From NCBI GenBank assembly GCA_964016885.1, contig OZ024742.1, forward strand, positions 275,280,001 through 275,344,000: DNA of 64,000 nucleotides, given 5' to 3'. Positions 25,861 through 43,249 of this stretch are shown one piece after another. How positions within the stretch are numbered: the stretch's first letter is position 1; every line of letters starts with the position of its first letter. Made by a program: the position numbers and the translations under genes. The DNA comes from Eledone cirrhosa (Eukaryota). The notes under the pieces were generated by a model, which was given only the letters and a program-made list of their open reading frames with translations, made no database searches and was not told where the DNA came from.

Positions 25861-28083
25861 CTACATTTTAAATTTATATTTATATTTAAAAGTTGAGTTC
25901 AATCTATGTCTGCAGCAACTGAATAAATTTGTCCGTAAATTAAGGGAATTTTTAGATTTTAGTATAAAGAATATCTCCTCCGCGCAGAGGTCACATGTCT
26001 CAGAAGATGAATTAAAAGGAATCCCTCTTGAGACTATATTCCAAGCCGTCGAATATCCAACGTTATCATGCTTAAGTTGCCAGAGTAAGCCTGATAGTGA
26101 TGTTGAAGATTTTTTGCTTGGATCTGTGAAAGAATTCTTGTGGTTATTATAGCGAAGTTTAAATTCTGTCGAGGTGGAACCAACATAGTTAAAAGAATTT
26201 AAGTCCGTTTTAACATTACAGTTGTATATTATATTTTTAACTAAGCAATTGTTATTTAACGGACATTTAGATCTATCTCTACAGTTACATTTTTTTACTT
26301 GGATATTATTTAGGCTATTATCGGTATTTTGGCTAGGTTTTAAATTCCTATTATTTATTCTATTAATATTTTGTGCTAAATTTTTGGTGGATGAGTAAGT
26401 TAATTTTATAGTATGTCTATTGAAAATTGAGTGATACTTATGTGTTCTAGGGAAGCGATTATCAAGAGCATTAAAAAATAGTTTAGCGATGTGGGTTTTA
26501 ATGTTTAGTGAGAAAGGGGGGGCAAACCATATTATGTTTCTAGTTCTATTTCTTTTTTGGCTTTTGGAATTATTGTAATGCTTTCTATTATAGTTGTTAA
26601 AGTTGTTGCCGTAATTAAAATTGTTGTTATTTTGGTTAGTTTGTCTATTATTATCTATGTACATAATTTTATCACTCTATCCAGCTCTAGCTAACGCTTC
26701 ATTGTAATACTGGGCTTTTTCGTCGAAAATCTTTTTATTAGATGAGATTCTAGAGATACGTTTTTGAACAGAGTTCACTATAGTATTTTTAACAGATCTG
26801 GGGTGATTAGAGTTAAAACAAACATAGTTCAAGTTTTCATTCAACTTGTGAAATGGATAGTGAAGACATGTGTTGAGATTTAATGTTACATCTAGGAAAT
26901 TGACTATTCTATGGTTATTCTCAATTTCTATTTTTAGATTAAAGTAATTAAAAAATTGTGTAATTTGTTTTCTTTTTCTATTTAGTTCAGAGTTATTATT
27001 TTCAATAAGTAAAAGCATGTCATCTCTATATAATCCTCCGGTAACACCGGGTATTTTCCTATGCAGCGAATTAATTATAAATAGGCCCACAAGGTCTGTT
27101 ACCTGAGCTGAGTCGGATGATCCCATAGTAATGTCGAAATTGTTATCTCTATCTGCTCTGGTCCATAGTTGGTTATTAAATTCTATCAATGTTTTCCTAG
27201 CCGATAATATAACGTGCATTTCATTGCTAGTTAGGTCTGTATCTTTGAATGCGTAATTTAGTGCCTTATTTAGTAGATTAGGGGTAATAGATGAATAATA
27301 GTTAGCAATATCTAGTTGAATAAATTTATTATTATTGTTATATTTAATTTCTTTAAACCACTCAATCACCTCTCCAGTTCCCTTCCACAAGCTCAAGTTA
27401 GGTAAACAATTCAAGTTTTCAATTTGCTGTATCACCCTGTCTAGAATGTTTTTGCTAAGTTTACCCAGGTCAGATTTTGATGGTACAATCAATCTGACTG
27501 GCAGGTCATTTTAAAAATTTCTTTTGTGATCTTTCATATTGATCTTGGGTTTCCTGGGCACGAAAGGTTGTGTTTTGTTCTCAATTTCCAACTCATGCAT
27601 TATACAAGATGCCTCAACATTCATTTTCTCAAGTTCGGCCTTATCTGCTATCTTGTACTTTTTCCTCAGTTCTTTCAGTATGAGGCCATTATACATGTCT
27701 TTTTGCACTCCATAGAGGTTGTTGGTCTTGTCCGATTTCACCAAGATCTTCTCAGTTCTCTCTAAGCTCTCAATATTATCCTTAATGCCTTTCAGATATT
27801 CCTGGCCTTTGAAGTTTCTCTTGAATTTGACTCCTTGTATGATAGAAATTATATCGTTTTCAAAGTCAATTAAAAGTTTGTTGGGGGGGGGATTTTTTTT
27901 AGATTTGAAAACTTTGTCTAAGTCCGAGAGATTTTCATTTATATTAGATTTATCAAAGTGGAATGCACGCCACCTGATTCTCCTTATAAAAGAGTCCGAT
28001 TTATCTATTAATTGTTTAATAAAGTCTTTGTTTCTAGGTAGAGGTATGTCCTTTAAAGAGGAAGAAATCTTAAAGAATTCCAT
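25861..28083 (-). pseudogene. PLE RT + C-terminal GIY-YIG endonuclease (probably Hydra-type group); 741 codons with two in-frame stops
   Basis: KSDKT, LDIANYYSSI, FDITMGS, GLYRDD, FLDVTL, SNHP, WFAPPFS, CNCR..CPL..C, NIIY..YVGST..FKLRYNNH, CDLC..E, CRH; the three track ORFs are in frame. Confidence 0.9.
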
Positions 28084-28264
28084 TTTTTCAGTTATAATAT
28101 AAAGCGCTCAACAGTATTGGAGCAAGATATATGCAAAGTTTTATTTAAATTGTTGGGTTACAACGAGTAAATATTTATAACTGATATAAAAGCACTCAAC
28201 AAGTATTTGGAGTATATTTACGATATTAAATAAATGGAAACTATATTTATAAAATCATATTTAT

Positions 28265-28324
28265 TTCATTATATATATTTCAGGGATATCATATTAAAAA
28301 TATGGTATGCCTTCATCAGACAAA
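28265..28324 (-). ncRNA. Minimal hammerhead in the 5' pseudo-LTR
   Basis: Identical to 24393-24452. Confidence 0.75.
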
Positions 28325-29820
28325 ATACAATATAAACAGTCTTATAAATAGATAGATTTGACATACCTTACACTTCAACTTCCATTTAAAAAGTTGATTT
28401 GGTAGTGAAAAATGTTAGGGACAGTTATAGAAAAAAAGAAAAGAAAGAAAGAAAGAAAACGAAGAAAAAGAAGAAATGCATGCAACGAAAAACCGAGAGA
28501 GATAGATATAGAGAGATAGATAGAGAGAAGAAATTCATGTAAAGAAAAAAACAGAGAGAGAGATAGATAGAGAGAGAAAAAAAGAGGGAGATAAATAGAT
28601 AGAGAGAGAGAGAGAAAAGAGAGAGAGAGAGAAAAATAGAGAGAGAGATATAGATAAAGATAGAGAGAGAAAAATAGGTAGTTGGGCACCAGTTGAATGA
28701 CGTATCAATGATATATTTATTAATTTATTTATTTATTTAGTTATAGTATTAAGGTAGAGAGTTATAGTATTAAGGTAGAGAGTTTTAATATTTTTTAATA
28801 TTTTTAATATTTTTTAATATTTTTAATATTTTTAATATTTTTATTGATATATTGATATCTGTTGTCTATTCTATGCTTGAACGATAATCATGTAGAGTAA
28901 AGGCAAGAATATTATTCTTATAATTAATGTAGATTCTATATATATTTGTGTGTATGTACACATATATGTATACTAGAATTTTTATAGCACAATGAGAATG
29001 TTTTCATGTGAAATAAGAATTTGCAGAGTTGATCACGTAAATTCACATGGATGTCTATAATGTCGAATCTGGGATAACCTTCTATTTTCTTTTCTTTTTT
29101 CATGAAAGTGCATATATACTTATGTATTTCAATTTTTTTTAAAGTTTTATCTCAGTTCTGATTATAAACCTAGGAATTTTAAACTAGACATATGATCATT
29201 ATTTTTTTCACACATTATTGATACGTGTCTCATTCATGAATACTGATATTTACATTATAATACCTAATTCATACGAATTCATATTTTAGATTGATGAAAC
29301 ATAATGTTTTAAATCTGCCTCGTTTATCTCTGGATATTTTTCTTTTCTCTCTATGTAACGGCTGTTTTCTCTCATAACCACATATATCTCTCTCTACCTT
29401 AATACTATAACTAAATAAATAAATAAATATATCATTGATACGTCATTCAACTGGTGCCCAACTACCTATTTTTCTCTCTCTCTATCTTTATCTATATCTA
29501 TCTCTCTCTATTTTCTCTCTCTCTCTCTTTTCTCTCTCTCTCTCTCTATCTCCCTCTTTTTTTCTCTCTCTATCTATCTCTCTCTGTTTTTTTCTTTACA
29601 TGAATTTCTTCTCTCTATCTATCTCTCTATATCTATCTCTCTCGGTTTTTCGTTGCATGCATTTCTTCTTTTTCTTCGTTTTCTTTCTTTCTTTCTTTTC
29701 TTTTTCTTTTTTTTCTATAACTGTCCCTAACATTTTTCACTACCAAATCAACTTTTTAAATGGAAGTTGAAGTGTAAGGTATGTCAAATCTATCTATTTA
29801 TAAGACTGTTTATATTGTAT

Positions 29821-29880
29821 TTTGTCTGATGAAGGCATACCATATTTTTAATATGATATCCCTGAAATATATATAATGAA
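29821..29880 (+). ncRNA. Minimal hammerhead in the inverted pseudo-LTR
   Basis: tttgtCTGATGAagg...cctGAAAtatataTAatgaa read directly on +. Confidence 0.75.
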
Positions 29881-30289
29881 ATAAATATGATTTTATAAAT
29901 ATAGTTTCCATTTATTTAATATCGTAAATATACTCCAAATACTTGTTGAGTGCTTTTATATCAGTTATAAATATTTACTCGTTGTAACCCAACAATTTAA
30001 ATAAAACTTTGCATATATATATATATATATATATACATGTGTATATATATATGTATATATATATATATATATACGCATATATACACACACATATAAATAC
30101 ATATATACACACACATACATAAACAAATACAGACACACACATACATACACATACACATACATAGAAATATATACACACAAGTATATATACAATACAAACA
30201 TATACACACATAAGTATATACATACAAATACATATACACACACATATATATACATATATATATATACACACACATATACACACATATAC

Positions 30290-30551
30290 ATACTCACATA
30301 CATACACACACGTACGCGCGCATATACTCTCAACCACACGTATAGGTACATATATACAAATGTAGGTGCATATATATATATCAAAAAATATATAAATATA
30401 AAATATATAAATAAATACATTCACACAGTCATATATATGAGAAAAAATACTTACAAACACATACACACATATATATAAATAAATAATTATATATAAAAAA
30501 TATACATACAAACACACATACGCATATATACACATACATACGCATGCACAC

Positions 30552-30646
<95 letters not shown>

Positions 30647-30910
30647 TGCGTATGTATGTGTATATATGCGTATGTGTGTTTGTATGTATATTTTTATATA
30701 TAAGTATTTATTTATATATATGTGTGTATGTGTTTGTAAGTATTTTTTCTCATGTATATGCCTGTGTGAATGTATTTATTTATATATTTTTATATTTATA
30801 TATTTTTTGATATATTATATACACCTACATTTGTATATATGTACCTATACGTTTGGTTGAGAGTATATGCGCGCGTACGAGTGTGTATGCATGTGAGTAT
30901 GTACATATGT
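30290..30910. repeat. Inverted duplication of degenerate microsatellite DNA centred on a (TA)n tract
   Basis: 30290-30547 is the approximate reverse complement of 30644-30910 (e.g. cgcgcgcatatactctcaacc / ggttgagagtatatgcgcgcg). Confidence 0.8.
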
Positions 30911-30925
30911 GTACATGTATGTACA

Positions 30926-30991
<66 letters not shown>

Positions 30992-30994
<3 letters not shown>

Positions 30995-31601
30995 GGTGGC
31001 TGCCAACTCGTTTTCGAGTACGGCCACTACTTTATATCCATGTAGGAGAACCCCTACCGATGCGCTGAACGAGTGTGACTTTTTAGTCCAGCCAGCGACT
31101 TGAAAGCTCTGATACAAACACTACACTTGTGACAACTATTGACACATAGTGTTGGGCCCATGGTACCATGTAACGACAAGTGCAGAGAGATCTCCAGATA
31201 TAAAGCAATGCCTTTGCCATGAAGCTTTTATAGTGAGCAAAGGCACTGCACAAACCCAGTCCCACTCTCGTAACCAAGATGATATTTACCAAAAAGAAGA
31301 ACAAGTCAACATTATTGAATACCATCAGGGTTGCAGGTGTTATATCAGAGTTTTCCTTCTCCTAGAATTCTGTCTTGAAAAAGGCTAAGGGGTCATCTCT
31401 CCCGGTGATTTTGGATGGCCATTGGCTCTTAAGAGCTCCTTTGCCCATTGGCAGGTTTTGTTTTTAGTCCTACAGGATGTCCAAAGTCACCCTCCTCACC
31501 AAGAAACCTTGGTGGGGTTGCCAGTTTAGTCGCCAACGACCGACCATGAGTCAGGTTGTACTGGGATACATATTACCAGTAGCACCAACTGGTGACCTGA
31601 C
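30992..31601. mobile_element. About 610-bp non-coding interspersed repeat (SINE-like or non-autonomous LINE derivative)
   Basis: Copies at 48798-49172, 49436-49475 and, inverted and diverged, 61643-62190; (TA)n flanks. Confidence 0.7.
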
Positions 31602-31617
31602 ATATATATATATACAT

Positions 31618-31734
<117 letters not shown>

Positions 31735-31989
31735 AATACGTATAGGTACATATATACAAATGTAGGTGTATATACATATATAAAAAAATATAAATATAAA
31801 AATATATATGTATATGTATATGTATATGTATATATAAAATGTATATGTATATGTAAATGTATATGTATATGTATATATAAATATATATATGTATATATAT
31901 ATGTATATGTATATATATATGTGCTATTGTCAGTGTGTAATTATTGTGCGTGAATATGCACGTTTTGTTTATATGTTTGTATGTATGCA

Positions 31990-32049
<60 letters not shown>

Positions 32050-32052
<3 letters not shown>

Positions 32053-32447
32053 GGAAAAAATGAAACGAAATTTCATTTCTCACTCTTAGTACCGCTGTTA
32101 CTTAAATATAAGTATGTATACGTACATACATATATGTATAGAGATGTACAGTAGTATGTATATATATATATATATACATACATGCACACATATATATATG
32201 TACGTATGGATTCACCGAACATTTATTATAATAGTCGGTGTGTTTGTAAACAAACATCCCGTATTAAGCCGTACAATGTCTAGCAACCATCGTTGCTCAT
32301 TTGTTCAACACTGACAAAGGAACGCTGTACTAGTTTCAATCTTATTAGCTATCGTCAGCAACGTATACCTTCCTGCCAGATGATTGAACGTCTGAAAGTA
32401 TATACTTTCCTTATGCATATTAACGGCTGAGCAGCCTAATTTACATA
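32050..32447 (-). mobile_element. 415-nt family hammerhead element (ribozyme motif at 32322-32364)
   Basis: Reverse complement of the 33522-34277 monomer; acgttg-CTGACGA..GAAA-ctag-TA-cagcgt. Confidence 0.8.
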
Positions 32448-32449
32448 TA

Positions 32450-33165
32450 CTGAAGGACAATGTAAAGATGTACTGAAGGACAATGTAAAGATAAGAATAT
32501 AGTGTACATAGGTGAGACAGATCGTAGTATAGGAGAACGGTTAAATGAACACTGGCGAGAGCTTCAAATTAGAAAAGAATCATCAGTACTCCACCAACAT
32601 GCTAAAATAGAACATAAGGGCAAATTAGAGAACATAGAAATAAAAATAAAATCTACACACAGAAAAGACACAATGTTTAGACAAATCACAGAGGCAATAA
32701 ACATAAATGAACTCCAACCCAAATTAAATAGAAAACATGAATGGAATAGCAACATCACAACTTACAATTAAGGACAAAATGAAAACACACACACATAGAA
32801 CAAACAACTAACCAGTAACATGTAAATAAACAAATAAATAAACAAATAAAAAACACACACAGACATCCGGATGTAACACATGCGCAACTAAGCACACAAA
32901 AACAAGATGGCATAGGACAGAACAAAGGAGAGGCACAAAACAAAGAAAAGAATCCCTAGTCACTGAAGAGGTCACAGAATGTGAGACGAAAGAAATTTGA
33001 CAATATATGAACAACCGTCCGGTTGTGGAACCAACCAACCAGAAATTTATAAAAAGATTTTTTTAAGAAATTTAAAAAAAAAAAAAATTTTTTATTTTTT
33101 AATTTATAATAAATTGGTGCGTGTGTTTCTTAATGGCAACATGACTCTCCCAAAGTATAACAATA
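32450..33165 (+). mobile_element. 5'-truncated PLE: GIY-YIG C-terminus + pseudo-LTR
   Basis: YIGETDRSIGERLNEH..H..H..RQITEA..LNRKHEWN (32502..32771); hammerhead-like motif at 32958-33002; ends ATGACTCTCCCAAAGTATAACAATAT. Confidence 0.85.
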
Positions 33166-33434
33166 TATATGTGTGTGTGTGTGTGTATTCATTTACGTAT
33201 TATCTCCTCTCTCAAAAATGTATAATCAGGCAAACACTGGCGTTTAAAAACTAGAGGTAAAGTTAATCGATGTAAGCAGTAGGGTTCTCAGAAGAAACCT
33301 CGTCAATTGTAACTACTACATTTTCTTTCCCGAACCTCAGGAGCGGAAAGAAGAATATCTAAATAACGAATCAAATAATGTTGCACTTATATACATTACA
33401 CACACACCCACACACTCACACATATATATATATA

Positions 33435-33518
<84 letters not shown>

Positions 33519-33521
33519 ATA

Positions 33522-34277
33522 TTAACGGCCGATTAACCCACTCGATTTGGGCTACTCAGCCGTTAATATGCATAAGGTAGGTATATACGTTCAACAATCT
33601 GGCAGGAAGGTATACGTTGCTGACGATAGCTAATAAGCTTGAAACTAATACAGCGTTCCTTTGTCAGTGTTGAACGAACGAGCAACGATGGTTGCTGGAC
33701 ACTACGGCTTAATACGGGATGTTTGTTTACAAACACACCGAACATTATAATAAATGTTCGGTGAATCCATACGTACATATATATATGTGTGCATGTATGT
33801 ATATACATACTACTGTACGTCTGTATACATATATGTATGTACGTGTACATACTTAATATTTAAGTAACAGCCGTATTAAGAGTGGGAAATGAAATTTTGT
33901 TTCATTTTTTCCGTTTATCGTTTTCGGTGCACCCGGCCGATTAACCCACTCGATATGCAAATTGGGCTTCTCAGTCGTTAATATGCAAAAGGTAAGTATA
34001 TACGTTCAACAATCTGGCAGGAAGGTATACGTTGCTGACGATAGCTATTAAGCTTGAAACTAGTACAGCGTTCCTTTGTCAGTGTTGAACAACCGAGCAA
34101 CGATGGTTGCTGGACACTAGGGCTTAATACAGGATGTTTGTTTACAAACACACCGAGCATTATAATAAATGTTCGGTGAATCCATACGTACATATATATA
34201 TGTGTGCATGTATGTATATATATATACATACTACTGTATGTCTGTATACATATTTGTATGTACGTGTACATACTTAT
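33522..34277 (+). mobile_element. Tandem of about 1.8 units of a 415-nt hammerhead monomer (candidate non-LTR retrozyme)
   Basis: Hammerheads at 33614-33656 and 34029-34071; predicted cleavage after 33650 and 34065; no coding capacity; (TA)n flanks. Confidence 0.8.
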
Positions 34278-34347
34278 TTATATATATATATATATAGTTA
34301 AAAGAATAGAGGTGTAACACACAAGTTATTATATATTGGTTAGTATA

Positions 34348-34513
34348 TATGGGTTAGTATTCAGTTGTGGTTTTAAGTTTTTAAATTTTTACCGGTTGCG
34401 CATTTCTAAATGCTTTTCAAAAATAATTTAGAGATTATTTTTGAAAAGCATTTAGAAATGCGCAACCGGTAAAAACTTAAAAACTTAAAACCTCAACTGA
34501 ATACTAACCCATA
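34348..34513. repeat. Fold-back element (about 80-bp arms) with GAAA-TGCGCA half-hammerhead
   Basis: Palindrome centred at about 34430. Confidence 0.7.
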
Positions 34514-34722
34514 CAATCACTAATACTCTTTTATTCCTAATTAAACCATTTTTCAACTGTGAACAATTTGTCAGCATTTTCTATTCAGTTTACCAATATA
34601 TATATATATATATATAGGAACCAGTAAGACCCCGACAGCTGAGCTCAAGCCACTCTACTACCTCAAGTATTGAGTACTTTGGTGCGTTATGGTCCACCTG
34701 GTTCCTTACCACATTTCCTTCG

Positions 34723-39846
<5,124 letters not shown>

Positions 39847-39937
39847 TATATTATCTTTATTTATTCTTTATATGAAATATTGATTGCATTTTCCTGTATC
39901 TCATGTCTGTTATTTTTCCTGAGAAAATACCTATATA

Positions 39938-41802
39938 CAGTGGCGTAGCTAGGGTAAATGGCGCCCAGGGCAAGCATCAAAATAGAAATCGTCAACATTA
40001 TTTGAATGCTGATTCGCAAATTGGGAAAAACACATTCATCGCCGTATTGTATGATGAATTGGAGAAGTGCCCCCGGCTTTAAAATTGGGTCAGCTGTCCT
40101 AGTAGCCAGCAAAGATCGGCAGTCCAAGATTTCCTCGTACAATTGCTCTCCGTCGATGTCGGAGTTGTATAGTTCCGCAAGACTGTTGCACCTTTGTTTA
40201 AGGACAAGGATATCAGGAGCAGCCAAATAAAACAGATAGTTGACATCAAGAAGAAAGCCAAAACTTGAGTCGGTTTCCTTAAGTCTAATAAACCGTTCTT
40301 CCATTTCTGTTTGAAGACGATTGAGTAAACTTTGCATTGCTCTCTCTATCTCTTTTCTGGCAGCCACCTCGAAGTCCTCAGTAATTTCGGTATTGGTTTG
40401 TCGTCTGCCTCGCCTCCTCGGAAAATCGACATTCCATTTCTGGCAGAGGTCGAAGCCCATTTCAAGAGACTCGTGGATTAAGGATGTTCCTTCTTCTTTA
40501 AAATAAAGTTGAAGGGCTCCTATATCAGCTGCAGCATCGTGAAAATTCATTCTTGGATTTTGAAGTCTCTTTTGAACCCGTGCAATTCGTGAGAGAATCG
40601 TGTTCCAGAATCAAATCAAGTTCAGGAATTCATAACTCAGTATCCGATTATGGAGATTAGTGGCATCACTTCTACTCTCGCATGTCTCTGTTTCATCATC
40701 ACTAATTTTTTCGAGAACTTGAACAATCAGCGTCAAATAATTCGCCACCGGTCTGACAGCGGTACATCTAGCACTCCACCTCGTGTCGGAAGGATATTTA
40801 ACAACCACTGGAGCAACTTCTTTAAGGCCTTTCCATCGTCGTGTTGAACGAGAAAAAAAGTTGTATAACGAGTCAATGCAACTGAAAAAGTTCATCATAG
40901 CAAAATTGTTTTGGGCTGCATGAAGACCAGCCAGATTAAGTGAATGGTTATCGCAATTAACGAAGTGAATCAAATTATTCTTTTCTCTCATTCTCTGCTG
41001 AACCCCACTGCGGTGCCCAGCCATTATGGCAGCATTGTCATAGCAATGCGATCGACAGTTCTGCAGTGGTAGGTCATCTTTTTCTAGCTCTTTCACGATT
41101 CTTTCAACAAGGCTTGCGACATCTTTTTTGATTACTTGAATGAATCCAAGAAAAGATTCCCTCACAACGACCGTCTTCATGTTGAAATCAACATCGACAT
41201 ATCGCACAACTTTTGACAGTTGTTCTCGGTGCGCCTGGTCAGGGGTCGAATCAATCAGCACACCATAGTATCTTGCATTTGGGATACGATTTAGTAAATT
41301 CTGACGAACTGTTGGTATTATAGAAGAAAACATTGAACAATCTAAACTGAAGTCAAATTGAATTCCTAATAGAAGCTATCCGATCCTATCTGGCCATTTA
41401 GATTATGATACCGTTTCTATACGTCTTATGTACCAGTTGTAAAAGACAAACTACTCTGTTTTGTAAACCAGCTTCATAATTATATTTATGTTGTATTGGT
41501 CATTGCAATGCATTGCTAAAAATAGCGCCTGCGTGTCCACCAGTTGCACGTCCCTTTAGTCAGTGTGTGTGTGTGGGGGGGGGGGGGGGGGGGTGAAGTC
41601 AAATCAGACATCTGCTCTGTTTAGTGCACTAGACATGGCGTGGAAGTCGGCTATCAAGAAATTACATGCTTCATTTTTGGCTTATATTTTTAAAAATGAT
41701 AAAAACGACATAGATGTAAATCGATCTAGGTCGAAATTGTGCCCCCCTAAATATGGCGTCCGTGGCATGTGCTCTGCTTGCCACACTCTAGCTACGCCAC
41801 TG
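39938..41802 (-). mobile_element. Internally deleted hAT DNA transposon (Tip100/ZMYM1-like transposase)
   Basis: 15-bp TIR cagtggcgtagctag / ctagctacgccactg; 8-bp TSD cctatata / cctatatg; transposase motifs DSTPD..EQ..RYV, ESFLGF, YDNAA.M.G, C..HSLNL, TRWS, FPNL. Confidence 0.9.
39990..41333 (-). pseudogene. hAT transposase fragment
   Basis: ORFs 40611..41333 and 39861..40550 are in frame across one TGA; N- and C-termini missing. Confidence 0.85.
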
Positions 41803-42115
41803 CCTATATGTATGTATAAATAATGCGTACATATATTTATTATTTTTCTAATATCTCTATGTGTGTATAGATAGTACATATATTTATTTTTTTTATATCC
41901 AATTGAGTTCTTAAACACGTGGTTAAAATACCTAACAGGCTTCAATGACCCGCGTGTATATTATTTTATATTTTACGATGACCTCCCCTTCCCTTTTTGG
42001 GGACTTTTTGAAGAACTGCTGGGCTATCAAACTTAGCAGTCCTTTTAGCACTGACAGAGACCATCACTGATTATTAATATCGATGTAGTTTTTTTATATC
42101 GATATTGCATGGGCA

Positions 42116-42238
42116 TCCACTGATGAGTTATAAGGGCCCACTTGTGTGTATATCTATGGATTATATACAAGGTTCTACATAACTTGGACATTATTTATCC
42201 CACCTTGTAGAAATCTTATAACGAAACGATCGTATGGA
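42116..42238 (+). ncRNA. Type I hammerhead ribozyme motif with extended stem II
   Basis: tcca-CTGATGA-gttataag...cttataac-GAAA-cgatcg-TA-tgga. Confidence 0.85.
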
Positions 42239-42418
42239 AAGAAAGAGAGATTTAATTAATTATGTCTCATATAAAATAATACGGAATATTATATAGTTAG
42301 CACCCCAAACACAAAATTGGGATTATACTCAGGTATATCCTAATGTTTGTTAGTGAGATGGAGTTGGTCAGAGTATAGCTTAAAGCTTTCTCTGTTAATG
42401 TATTAAATATAAATATAA

Positions 42419-42574
<156 letters not shown>

Positions 42575-42590
42575 GTGTGTGTGTGTGTGT

Positions 42591-42780
42591 GTCAGGTCCA
42601 ATAGTAAGTAAGGTACTCAATACATTAGTAGAGTGTATACAACAAAATTTATGATAGAAATGACTACTACAGGATTAGAACTGTTTTATTCGGAGGAAAT
42701 CATCAGAAAAAGTCCGGATGATTTCCTTCGAATGAAACAGTTTTAGTCCTGTAAAAGCCATTTCTATATTAAATTTTGTT
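42591..42780. mobile_element. Diverged fold-back copy of the 19.2/49.8-kb hammerhead family
   Basis: agtaagtaaggtactcaatacat tail plus imperfect palindrome centred at about 42710; both cores mutated. Confidence 0.7.
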
Positions 42781-42803
42781 ATATATATATATATATATAT
42801 ATA

Positions 42804-42841
<38 letters not shown>

Positions 42842-43169
42842 TGTGCGTTTAATTATCTTGCTACTTATTTGTGGGAATATATGTGTATATTTCTATTAAC
42901 ACATTTGTACATCAACGGAATAATTATTTGCTTCCTTTGAATATCTATCTATCTTTCTCCCCCCCCCCCCCCACTCTCTCTCTCTCACTCTGTCAATTCG
43001 TCTGTCTATTTATCTATCCTTTTGGATATATATATGCACGCATGTGTGTGTGTGTACCGGTCTCTGCGAGATATACTTGTTTATACATATATAAGAATGT
43101 ATGTATATATTTTTGTGCGCAAGTGGAATTTTATGTGTCAACGACCATTCTATAGTGTGTATATGTCCT

Positions 43170-43226
<57 letters not shown>

Positions 43227-43249
43227 ATTCACATCTTTATGTCAATTCA

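Larger units (their letters stand above)
24345..30013 (-). mobile_element. Near full-length Penelope-like retroelement with 3' pseudo-LTR, partial 5' pseudo-LTR and inverted pseudo-LTR
   Basis: 24345-24890 is a direct repeat of 28218-28760; 28783-30013 is the reverse complement of 24345-25490 plus 28130-28220; RT + GIY-YIG ORF lies between. Confidence 0.9.
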
